From Vicugna vicugna (taxonomy: Eukaryota): a stretch of DNA of 64,000 nucleotides. Shown here one piece after another: positions 53,128 to 64,000 of this stretch (the stretch's first letter is position 1; every line of letters begins with the position of its first letter). The stretch lies in contig MU058009.1 of NCBI GenBank assembly GCA_013265495.1, forward strand, positions 746,001-810,000, in the 5' to 3' direction. The translations under genes were made by a program, and so were the position numbers. The notes beneath the pieces were generated by a model. The model was not told the origin of the DNA, ran no database searches, and was given only the letters and a program-made list of their open reading frames with translations.

Positions 53128-53168
53128 GTACACACACAGATACACACACACACACACACACACACACA
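53128..53168. repeat. (CA)n microsatellite (others at ~50812-50841 and (TG)n ~57668-57696)
   Basis: Direct reading. Confidence 0.95.
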
Positions 53169-53972
53169 ACTTGTCTCATGCATGAAGGATGCATTTTATG
53201 TTTAGAATTAGCAAAAAGGAAAGTTTGCAGTTTTTAGGGTTTAAATAAAGAGAGAAAATACAGGGCAAATTCCTCCCTATTAAGTGTCTTACAGTTGGTT
53301 TGAAAGAGACTCTCACATGTGGAAAAGAACAGAGAACAATTCAAGAAGACAGAGTCAAGTTCTCCCATGACCCAGGCCACTTCTATCAAATTTAAACGCA
53401 GACTCTGCCTCCTTAAGGGAACAGACTGCTTCTAAGAACTTGGCATTAATCACTGGGCTGCAGATGGGTACAAATGGATGCTGCCAGCTACAAACGAGTC
53501 TTACCCCTTCAATAAATTAGGCCTTGTAGGAGCGCGTTGCATGTCCTGAAAGTCCTAAAAGTGCATTTCTTTGTCGTTCTACCGCTCTCCTATTTTATTT
53601 CTAAATTCATCCGAATTGCTAGAGTCCACCCCGCTAACCAAAAGCTCACTGTGTTGAAGACATGACAGTTAAACCTCAGGGTAGCCCAGGGGACAACACT
53701 GTCCCAGGTGGGGCCTGCCCTCGCGGAGCTTCCACTCCAGGGAGTGACCGAAGCACAGGAAAAGAAACACACGCATTAACTCACTGCAAGCCGTGAAACG
53801 TTTACAAGAAACAATAAGGTGACGATAAGGGAGAGAATTACGGAAGGGGCCTAAGTTAGACAGAGAAGGCTTCCAGGAGAGCTTACGATGGAAGAGGACG
53901 AGCAAAGTGGATGGCAGGGGAGAGCGTTTCAGTCTCAAGGGAAGGAATAAAACGCGCAGCAGCACGGGCGCG

Positions 53973-54370
53973 CCTAGAGGTCATCATCTGAGGGAAGTAA
54001 GTTAGACAAAGACAAATACATCACTTGCATGTGGAATTAAAAAAAAACAAATTCTATCTATAAACCAAAAACAGACTCATGGACGTAGAAGACAAACTAT
54101 GGTTACCAAAGGGGAAAGGGTGAGTAGGGATAAATTAGGGGTTGAGGGTTAACAGACATGTGTTGCTATACAGAAAATAGCTAAACAACAAGGACCTGTT
54201 GTAGAGCACAGGGAGCTATATTCAATTTCTTATAATGACATATAATGGACAAGAATCTGGAAAGAAACAAAATGTGTTTGTGGATATGGATAACTGAGTC
54301 ACTTTGCTGTATAACTGAAACTAACATTGTTCATCGAGTACGCTTCAATAAAAATTTAAAAAGAAAAAGA
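53973..54370 (+). mobile_element. L1 3' end (cetartiodactyl-type) inside an antisense L2 (~53800-54760)
   Basis: aaacagactcatggacgtagaagacaaactatggttaccaaaggggaaaggg...aacaacaaggacctgttgtagagcacaggg...taactgagtcactttgctgt...cttcaataaaaa and an A tail. Confidence 0.9.
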
Positions 54371-57300
54371 GTGAAAAGGCATGGTGTTTTCTACATCTCG
54401 TAAGAAGTCCAGTTGGCTGGTGCCTATGGGCCAGTGAGCAAGGAAAAGTGTGGCCAGAAGTTGGAGAGACAGGTGAGGGCCAGCTCCTGTAGAACACAGA
54501 AGACCGTCATAAGGAGTCTGGACTTTATTCTAAGTGGCGAGGAGGTAATCTGAGTGTTTTAAGCAAAACTGGGACCTTAAACAACTTGGAAGTTGCCAAG
54601 ATCGCTCAGGCCTCTGTGTGGAGAGATCAGAGGAGGCCGGGGGGGTGGGGGGGAAGCAGACACCAGTGAGAAAACTACTGCATCAGTCCAGGTAAGAGGG
54701 AAGTGCTGAGCTGACAAGGGTTATGACCGGGGAGCTGGAGCAAGAGTTAATGTGAATCTGCTGCTCTGTAGGTTGAGGGGATGAAAGAACAGGGCGGATC
54801 GAAGATAACCCTTTTTGTTTTTTCCTTTTTCACTTGAGTAAATGAGTGGCTGAAATGTTTTTCTGTAACAAGAGGGAAGAAGAAGATAAATGAAGGGAAA
54901 ACAGGTTTGTAGGTTTGATGTTTGGAGGGCGAGAGACTGTGTGTGATGGTTTCTGTTTTCCCAATAGAAGGCGAGATCCCTGATCAGCATTTTTGGCAGA
55001 GAAAATAATTTTCAAAACCAATTAGCCCTCCCAGGCATTTTTTTGGCCTACACATTTTCATTGACAATTTCCCCAATTCCCCCCACCCCCTTAGCATTTT
55101 CACTGCCTCCTGCCCCTCTTAGCAAGTCTACTGTCTCTTCCTGCTCTTCGTTTCTTAGCCGAGAATGCAGGCATCTGTGTGCAGCAGACTTACTCAGAGC
55201 CTTCCCCGGATACAGATTCTAGTGAAAACCAGATTCAGGGCAACTACAAAAGCGAGACAGAGTATGTTTGGTTTCTTTTGTTGTCACCCCCAGTCTCCCA
55301 TTTTAGGACACCCTGATTGCCTTGGGGGACTGTGGAGCCGTGTTCTCTTACGTTGTCAATTTAATGACCCTGTTATGCTAATTGTCTGTTTCCCCATGAT
55401 ATTAACTCTTCCTCCCGTATCTCTCAGACAAATGACATAGCCCCCCAAGCGCCATCCATGGGGGACTTCATCCACCGAGGGAGAATGCAGCTCTATCACG
55501 CGAGGGTTTGTGTGTGTATGTGCTACGACGCCAGGTTACAGAAGGAAACAATAAACTAAAAGCCGACATCATCACAGCACTGCAATTTCCTGCTATTATT
55601 TGCAAAACCTGAGACATTCCAGGTAGAAGGATGGAAAACTCCCGTTCCAGTAGTTTGTATTTAGGGAAGGAACATACGGAGGAAAGACCAGTGGAGCTAG
55701 AGCCTGGCTAAGTGGAAGCAGAACCCGCCAGTCTGGGTCATGAAGTCACTGGCAAATTCTTCTAGATCGCAAATGCTCACTGAGTATGTGCTCCACGCCC
55801 TCAACTTACGTTCTCGGCACTGGGGATTTGAACAACGAGTAAGAACTAATTCTAGTAGAAGAAGAGCAAGCTGAGCTGAGCTGAGCTCAGGGGGTCACGG
55901 GGGCTCTGGGAGGAGGAGCTGGGCAGCCGTGAGCGGGGGGGTTGGAGGTGTGGGCTGGGCAGTGCACGGCCAGGGAAGGCTTTCAGAAAGGAGGTGATGT
56001 CTGAGTCCAGTCTCGGTTATAGTACGCGGCCGCGGCACAGGGTCCAGGGGTGGAGATGGGAGGAGGGAGGTGAGTAGGGGGATGTGGCAGCAGAAGCAGG
56101 CAGGAGCTACTTATCTATCTGGAGAGGTGCTCTGCTTTGCATTCCATAAGCACCCTGGAAAGCTTCTATAAACAGCCTGTAAACCTGTGTGTGCAAGCGT
56201 CTGTCCTCTCTGGATAGTACACCTCCAGGCATCTCACTCCCCCATCATTATCTGCCCGGGTGTTTCTTGTCAAAAAGATGTGCTCTGTTGTTTACTTGGA
56301 CCGATGGCCACTCCCCCAGACAGAAGCTGCTGTCTGTACCAGGGCTGACCTCTCCCTTGGGTACTTGTCCCCTAACTCTGTACGAGGCACGTGCCAAGGC
56401 ACGGGGCTTTCGTGACGTGTGGTGATGGAGCAAGGAGGACAGAGAGATGCAATAACCCAGAATAAAGAAACAGAAATCCACCTTGCCATCTCGCATTCCT
56501 TCAAATCTAATTGCCAGAAGAAAACACACCGACTTGACGTGACTTAAGAGCATTTACCAGATAACCCTCAGCAAGCACTAGTTCTCACCGCCCGGGCTGC
56601 GTACCTGAGTGCTGAGTGGAAGAAGATGCAGTCACTGCGCACTTCTGCCCATCTGCCCGGTTACCGCAGGAAGGTTGCCGAGCCAGATTGATGCCTCCTG
56701 TATCTGTGTGATGGTGCCAAGGAGGGTGGTGGGAGGCAGATGGAGTAACAAGAGGGAGGGACCAGGGCTGGTGAAACCTACTCAGGAAATCCTTGCATGC
56801 TGAGCGACAGGCACAGCCCAGAAAGGGGTGCCCATTTGTTTGCCTGACTCAGAATCAACATTCTAGAAAGATTAAAAAAAAAAAAGACTTAGTTTCTTTG
56901 GCAAACCAATAACAGGCTTTGGGATTTTGCTTTAAACATTTTGAATAATCCTATTAGCAGCTTAGAAAAACAGGGTTATTTTAATGACAAAGTATATATA
57001 TATATCTATATATTTCCTATCCACCAGTGTCTGAAGGAGATTATCCACGCTCGCTGAAGCTACCCTTTCTGTGGGGTTTATCCCTGTCGCCAGGTTCGGA
57101 GAGGCAGGCGAGGGAAAGAGCCGCCCCGCCCCTCTCCTGGGGCTGAGGCTGCTGGGGGTAACGTCTGCTTTGCCCGCGCGCCAAGTGGCATGAAGACTAA
57201 CTCTCCTCGGTGCCAAGGCAGTCCACGCCCAGCGGGGCTGGCACAGGGCAGGGGCCAGAATCAAACCGCGGAGACGGAAGGCGCAGGTTCATGTCTCAGT

Positions 57301-57664
57301 TCTGGCTATGACATTTCACTGGCAAAATGGGGAAAACGGTGACACTCAAGTCATGGGGTTGTCTTGAAAATGAAAGAAGGCCACATGAATGGGAGGCGCC
57401 AGGTCCAACGCCTCGACCTCAGTTCCGGCTGTTATTTGTAGTAGCCTGGGTGTCTGTGATGGCTGAGGACCTATTTCATAGCTTTTCCCTTTTTCTGCCA
57501 AATCGGCTGCCTTAGAGCAGGTGGAGTTTATTTTCTGGTCCACAGGGGAAGTGTATTGTGTAAAAGAAGACTGTGTTCTCTTCCAGCCTTGGAATCTGAC
57601 CACTGAGGTTTTAAAGAGCTAATTCCAATCTATACAACAACACACCTGTCTGAGAAAATACAAA

Positions 57665-57698
<34 letters not shown>

Positions 57699-58914
57699 TT
57701 GTGAACGTGAGTTGTATGATTTTTAAGGAAAGAACATATCTACATGGTTGGATTTTTTCATAATCCTCTTTATGTTCCCTATATACCCGTTTCCCCCAGT
57801 TCAAGAGCTGCGTGATCCTTGGACAAGGGAAATGTAGAGGCTTCTGTGAGAAATAGACCTGAATTTCTTCCAAAGCCTTCCTGTCTCCCTGATGTTGTTA
57901 CTTGCGGGGATCAGACGTGCACGCTGCCAGAAACATTTCTTCTATATGTTGTAATGACTAGTGTCCCCGGGATAATGAACAAGACTTGGCAAATCCCAGG
58001 CCCCGGTACCTGAGCCAACAGGAGACGTCCACATCGGAGAAGCTAACGGTCCAAAGGCCCGACTAGAGACTCCATTAGGAATTTGCAGAGAAGGAAAAAA
58101 GTCATTAGTCACCAAAATCTCTTTTGATCCTAACAAACGCCAGGACCTAGATGTGTTGCTTAGATGCATTTTCCTTCCTGAGCATTTAAACTTCCCATTA
58201 TGGATCTTTTTTTTTCAGTTGGCAAAAGAGGGAAGGGAAGCTTTGGGAGACATTAATTCATAGCCGAAGAAATCTGTTGAGAGACCCGTGCAGCCGCTTT
58301 CTGCATTCTTGGAAAAATTAGAGCACTGTGAAGACAAAACTATAAACTCACCGTTCACTTAGCAATCAGGGGAGGTTAGTTTACATTATGGAGCTGGAGA
58401 AAAAAAGGGGAGAAGGGTGCGTGCAGACTGGGTCATACACACAATAGGTGTGAGAGGATGGGAGGCGAGAAAGGACAGATGGAGGGAGGGAAGGGCTTGG
58501 CGGGCAGACAGAAGAGAATCAAGGGGAGAAAGGCAGGACTTAAAGGAAAGCGAGGAAGAAGCTGCACAAGGGGACGGGAGTATTGAGGAAAGTGCTGGAA
58601 GTTAGCACCCCCAAAGCCGCCCCCGCCTTGCCCTTTCAGAGGGCTGTTGCCTGCTGAAATGTTAAGTGATTAACTCTTTTTTTCATACTCTTCAAAGGTG
58701 TTCATCTTTAAATGAAATCCCCTGGAAATTGGATAACCATAGCAACCCAGCGAGTGTAAATGGTCCTGGGAGAGGAGGGCAGCAGCCAGCCGTGGTGGCC
58801 AGAGGGCCAAGGGAATGGACGTAAAGGTCAGAGGAGGCCCTTGAGGCAGAGGCCATCCCCCAGGCTGAGGAAAAGACCAGTGACTCCCTGCCACCCTCTA
58901 GGCACTTGAGTCTA

Positions 58915-59830
58915 AACCCGGGGTCTGGCCGGAAAGGGGCCACGCGGGTCGCGGAGCGGGATGGGGCGGGGAGCGGGGGCCGCACTGCGGGAGGGACCGC
59001 CCCGCCCCTGCGTGTCCCACATCGGGGCGGCCTCAGGGTTCCGCCGCGCTCCAGTGCTCAGGACGACGTAACGGAAGGGTAAGCAAGAACATTTGTTGTT
59101 TCTACCCAGGCAGAAAACAAACAGCAGCAGGAGCGGGGCGCAAGAATCAGCGTAGGGCCAGCCTCCAAACTGCAGGCTGTAACCTCTGCGGTATTGACTG
59201 AGTGCACCTGTCCGTCTTCATTTTGAACCGTGAGCTTGATTGCTGGCGAGTTTATAGGATTATGGGTTTAATTGGACGCCTGTGTTTTACTAGCTGTAAG
59301 TGAAATTTATGGCTGTGGGGTTTGCGGTGCCAGGGTTTACCTCAGTCACTGCTTCCCAGCCGGGAGGGCGAGACCCGCGCGCCAGCGGGACTGAGCTCCG
59401 GGCTCGCGTGCCAGGGGGGCGCCTCCGGGGGCTGCCCCGGGCTGGGCTCACCGGGAGAGCAGGCGGGCCGGGACAGGCGCCAGGAGCCTCCCCAGCTCTC
59501 CGGCCCCGTCTGATGCTGCAAGGCACGGGAGAAATTACTGATACTCAGGTCCCCGAGCGCTGGTGGTACGCGGAGAGCCCCTGGGTAGGATGGCTCCGTG
59601 CTCCACCTGAGATGCTCTGTTCCGGTGAAGTGTTTCGGGAGGGCTTCTGGAGGGGCTGGGGGGGGGGGAGCCACCCCTGTATCCGTGAGGGAAGGGTTCC
59701 AGGATCTCCCTCATTTACTGAGATCCCCGGCTGCTCAAGTTGCTTACGTACAGTGGCGGGTAGTACAGCCCGCCCTCCGAATCCGGTTGGTTGGGTCCGC
59801 CCGCGGAGCCCGCGGACGCACACCGCCTGT
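58915..59830. promoter_or_regulatory. CpG island / probable promoter
   Basis: High GC and CpG over ~0.9 kb (with a less GC-rich middle); GC boxes ggggcgggg and ccgccccgcccc; cggaag ETS core at 59072-59077; donors AGG|gtaagc at 59079(+) and CCG|gtgagc at 59451(-). Confidence 0.8.
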
Positions 59831-60529
59831 ATAGGGAAGGTCCTCAAGCCTTCGAACCTAGGCAATTGCTGTATTTATGGTATGTTATTTAATAACTTGT
59901 GTAAGTTTAAATTATTATTTTAGTTTTCAAAGTGTGATTGTGCCTAATGACTCACTTGGCTTTCAGAGCAGCTATTGACTCATGTAGACACTCACTGAGC
60001 ACCTAACACATGCTTTTAGGTGAGGGTAAGGGAAATTCTTATTTTTTTGGAGGGGAATTGAGAAAACAAAAGCCCAAGATATGTATGTACTTCACCTTGG
60101 TTACACAGAGACCGCCTGGTAGATTCAAAACCAGAACTCGGATGGCTTTTTCCAAATTCAGAAAGAACCTGGGCGGCTAGTTGGTGAGTCAGAGAGTCAG
60201 CACCGGGAGACGAAGGAAGGGGCCTCCAGTTACTAAATGAGTTCTTGGACTTCTGATGGCTGCTCAGAAAACTCGAGGGCTCATTTTCTAGTTTCAGTTG
60301 GTTTGAACAGTTCTATTTACTAAAGTAAGGTGGCCTCCGGAAAAGTCAGAAACTACTTAAATCACTTGATGAGTTCTCACCGAGGACGACAGAACACTGG
60401 CTGCTGGAACCCCAATTCTTTGTTATGTAAATGAACTGCTTGTTTATGAAGTGAGCTTGGAATGAAGGTCCTTTGTGTGGGACCCGGAGTGAAACAGCAG
60501 AGATCCATCATTATAAAACAGTTAGACAA

Positions 60530-60720
60530 AATGAAAAATAAGAAGCATTTAAAATGTTACCTATGTGCTAGGTACTCTAGACAGCACTTTTCTTGCATTA
60601 TTTCATTTGATTCAAAAAACACCCATTTTATAGATGAGAACACTGAAACGTAGAGAAAGGATGTAATTTGTCCAGGGCATAGAGCTCCTAGATAGGCAGA
60701 ATTAGGATTCTAAGGTGCTT
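60530..60720 (-). mobile_element. MIR SINE
   Basis: ttacctatgtgctaggtactct...cccattttatagatgagaacactgaaacgtagag...taatttgtccaggg. Confidence 0.85.
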
Positions 60721-60859
60721 AAATAGGACCACAAAGCCCATCCCTTTAATCACTGCGTTCTCCTGAGGCATGTTAAAGCAGGCACCCTTGTTTTATAAAT
60801 GTACTGATAACACACTCTTAAAAAGAGCTTAAACTCTTCACACATTGGCCTAACAGACA

Positions 60860-62780
60860 ACAGAGTACATATATGAGAAGAGAAGAGAAAATTAGGGTTC
60901 ATAAGAGCACGGGAGAACTTGACTGCCAGTGCAGAGACTGGATTTGGTTCATCGGCAGAAGGGAGCATTTGAAGGCTCTTGAGCAGAGGCACGCCACGAT
61001 GAGCGCTCCACTGTATGGACTACTGGTGCCCAGGTGGAGGATTAGTGACCTAATTCAGTAGGAGGGGGAGTGCCAAGGCAGTCAGCGGACTCGGCAACAA
61101 ACAGGAACAGGCTAGTTACGGTAAGATGCTCACTCTGGCCATCCAGCTTTACATTTTGGGTCTGAAACGGCTGTACAATGTATGCAGACATCCAGGAGCG
61201 CTGGGAAGTTCCAGACTGGACATCAGGAGAAAATAAGCAGGGGCTGAAAACTATACATTTATATAGACATTTACTTGGAAGTGACAATTTTGAGGAAATT
61301 TAGGGAAAGAATCTTATGGGACCAGTGATAAAAGACCTGACCTCATGGCTTTCTTTTTGAGAAAGAAGAATAGGAAAGAGAGAGAGGAAAGGGGACAAGG
61401 AGATTTATATGGGATAGAATTTGATGATATACAGGATAATCAAAGATTTCAGATTCTTTAGAGAAGTCCGCGCATGAGGACTTGGAAACGCTTGTTGGCT
61501 TTAATGATCTAGAGATCACCAGCATCCTGGAGAGAACCATTTTGAAAGACTGGTGAGGGAAAGCCATCTCGCAAAGATGTAACTAGTCAGTGAGTGGTTA
61601 GGATATGAATGCAAATGTCTTTGCTGAAGGTCAGGGTGGCGGGGAGACCCTGTTGAGGGAATAGAGTAGCAGCTTCAAGGTAGTGAGAGATAGGTTAGCA
61701 GGAGAGCAGAAGGGCATTTTATTTTGAGGTTGCGAAGACATAAAAACATGTTTGTAAATAGAACAGAGGTAGTCAGAGAAGAATGGCTGAGGCTATAAGA
61801 CAGAAGGTGAGGATTTTTGATAGAGCAAGATTTGAGAAAGAAGGAAGTGATGGGAAAGAAACCCAACATAGTGAGCTTGGTCTCAAGAAGAAGCATTGGG
61901 TGTTGCTTCTGTTATAAGAGGTTTGATTGAGAGGGTGAGCAAAGGAAGGCATTCTAGACTTCTGACAGATTACGTACGTGTTCCTAGGGTGGAGTGTGAG
62001 TGGGTTGGGTGGGTGAAGAAATCGATTTCAGGCATCTTCCAGGGGAAATTAGATGTGGAGTTGAGATAAGTGGGTGATGAAATTTCAGATGAGATGAAAA
62101 GCTAGCTGAGTTGAATTAAATCAACTCATGATTAACAAAGATTAATCAGGTTTTTATGAAATTCTCCAGTTGCATTTCACAGCCTTGGTGGGTGGATGGA
62201 AAAACCAAAGGGTAGTTTCCCGAAGTTGAAAACTGTCAAGGAGAACCAAGACAAGGAGAACGAAGCATTTGAGGGCGGCGGTGAAGTGACTCAGCAGAAC
62301 GTTGAGGTGAGAAGGGAGAGGGGTGAGCTGAGAATGGAAGCTGGGAGTTGCAGGACAAGGAACGGCACACACACTGCAACTCACAGCTAAAATGAAGAGC
62401 GGCTTTAGTAGAAGCAAAGGCAAAAGGGAGACAGAATAAAGAGGGAGAAATCAGAAAGGAACTGCTGCGAGTCCAAGACCGTAGAGGCAGAAGAGTCAAT
62501 TCTGAGTGATGGTGACATGTGGCTGTAAGAAGCTCAGAAGATTAGCCGGTCTCTGAAGATCCTGGAGTGTTACAAGATCTTCAGCATGATTGTTGGTGCG
62601 TAGGATCAGGGAACAATAGCAGAAGTATAATGACTTCCACATGGTGAAGTCAAGGAACCTGTGAGTGTCCTGGTGCCACATAGATCATGAGGACAACACG
62701 GCATGGACTTCAAAGGTTCGCAGATGTCTTGGCACAGCCAGGCGACAGCGGTCTGGATGATGCACTGAGCACAAGAAGAT
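60860..62780 (-). mobile_element. Long decayed L2 LINE body including a reverse-transcriptase remnant
   Basis: Minus-frame AFPHQSFKMVLSRMLVISRSLK...DFSKESEIFDY loosely echoes the L2/CR1 RT motif GFRPHHSTETAL..V.NDL...DLS.AFD; flanks have antisense L2 texture. Confidence 0.65.
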
Positions 62781-62849
62781 TCCTTCTGGTTCTGGGCGTT
62801 AGGGTTGGGGGGTGCAGAATCGGAGCTTGTTGAAAGGCTTCTAGGGGAG

Positions 62850-63070
62850 GCAGTAACGCATGATGGTTCTTGGTCAGACTCCTGGCTTCTATGCTGGTTC
62901 AGTTCCTTCCTAGCTTAACGGTCCTGGGTAAGCTACTCAACCACCTCTCGCCTCAGTTTCCTCATCTCTAAAGTGGCCATAATAATGGTGTCTAATCTAA
63001 CGATGGGGCTGCTGTGAAGATTAATTGAAATAATTAATAAGAGAACAGTACACAGTCAATAAAATTAGCA
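62850..63070 (+). mobile_element. MIR SINE
   Basis: ctgggtaagctactcaaccacctctcgcctcagtttcctcatctctaaagtgg.cataataatgg. Confidence 0.85.
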
Positions 63071-63774
63071 TTCATGTTGTTGTTGTTCTTATTATTATTA
63101 TCAGAAAGGATGTACAGGAATTGGCGTCATCGGGGAGAAAATGATTTCTGTCTACGTAGCCTGGTGGGGAGGCATGTTTAAGGAACATTTTAAAGATGTA
63201 AGAAATTTTGTCTGTAATAGAATAGGAATTCCAAGGGGTTCACCCTGGTTCTGCTCTTCCGAGGAAGAGTGACCTTCAAAAGGAGAAAGGAACAGATGGT
63301 CAGGGCAGTGAGCAGGAGATGGGGAAAGCAGGGAGGGGTTCACGCTGGAACTTCCAGAGTAAATTAAACAGTAAAGGGAGCCTGGGGTTGGGAGTCAGGA
63401 TAGAGGCAGAAACACTTCTGATCAAAGCTTTTTTAACGTTCCTCTTTTTTTTTTTTTTTTTGGCTTGATTTGTCCTACAATGAGTTAGAAAAATGCTTTG
63501 CTTTCTTCTGATGAGAATAATAATCATTCACCTTGCTTTGGAAATTTTAAATTTTGAAAGCAGGAAGTCTTTTGCCCTTGTTTTGCCAATAGATATGAAA
63601 TTTAATGAAGGTCTTCTGTTCTTTTTTTTTTTTTTTACTAATCTCAGTAGTTTCAAAAAGTCTTTTAAATATTATGTCATTAATTTGAAAGAAACTCTAT
63701 TAAAGTATTAGTTATTACAATCCTAATCCCTTCCCCTGCCTTGGAAAATGACGCATCTCAAAAAGAGTGGTGAT

Positions 63775-63934
63775 ATTTTTAACATGTTTTTATTGAGTTA
63801 TAGTCATTTTACAATGTTGTGTCAAATTCCAGTGTAGAGCACAATTTTTCAGTTATACATGGACGTACGTATATTCATTGTCACATTTTTTTTTTTCGCT
63901 GTGAGCTACCACAAGATCTTGGATATATTTTCCT
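63775..63934 (-). mobile_element. Young 160-bp 5'-truncated L1 3' end with target-site duplication
   Basis: tttttattgagttatagtcattttacaatgttgtgtcaaattccagtgtagagcacaatttttcagttatacat; TSD aaaaagagtggtgat (63760-63774) / aaaaagagaggtgat (63935-63949), 14/15 identical. Confidence 0.85.
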
Positions 63935-64000
63935 AAAAAGAGAGGTGATTTTGCTGGCAGTAGGTTGCATTTCTTCATTGGAACCACCAGGCAGAAGAGT

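Noticed and set aside
55869..55890. (GAGCT)n pentamers resembling immunoglobulin switch repeats
   Set aside because: Only about four units, no extended array and no Ig exons nearby
59290..59923. 207-aa and other Gly/Pro/Arg-rich ORFs in the CpG island
   Set aside because: Stop-codon depletion in GC-rich sequence; no recognisable protein
1..64000. CRISPR arrays, operons, tRNA/rRNA genes, miRNA hairpins, or a nameable host gene
   Set aside because: Eukaryotic repeat-rich DNA with no regularly spaced repeat-spacer array and no RNA gene that I recognise; short exons or hairpins could be missed without alignment and folding tools

Overview
This is mammalian genomic DNA, not a prokaryotic locus. 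It is probably a cetartiodactyl and possibly a camelid, judged from the style of the young L1 3' ends and from my not seeing Alu, B1, Bov-tA/BovB, PRE-1 or Can-SINE. It appears to be intergenic or intronic/5'-regulatory sequence. I recognise no host protein-coding exon. The only recognisable peptides are decayed retroelement ORF2 fragments (L1 C-terminus at ~34 kb, L2 reverse transcriptase at ~61.4 kb). A large part of the window is ancient interspersed repeat (MIR, L2, L1M, MaLR/ERVL/ERV1 LTRs, MER5, MER2/Tigger), plus microsatellites and one 278-N assembly gap. The best functional candidates are repeat-poor patches at ~2.4-5.1 kb, ~26.2-27.5 kb, ~38.6-39.5 kb and a CpG island at ~58.9-59.8 kb. 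Each carries splice-donor-like sites on both strands, which suggests alternative or bidirectional first exons of a gene or lncRNA I cannot name. A candidate spliced minus-strand transcript lies at 2.5-4.7 kb. I find no convincing evidence of a new biological system; the findings are hypotheses. Repeat family names come from recalled consensus sequences and boundaries are approximate; no search was run.
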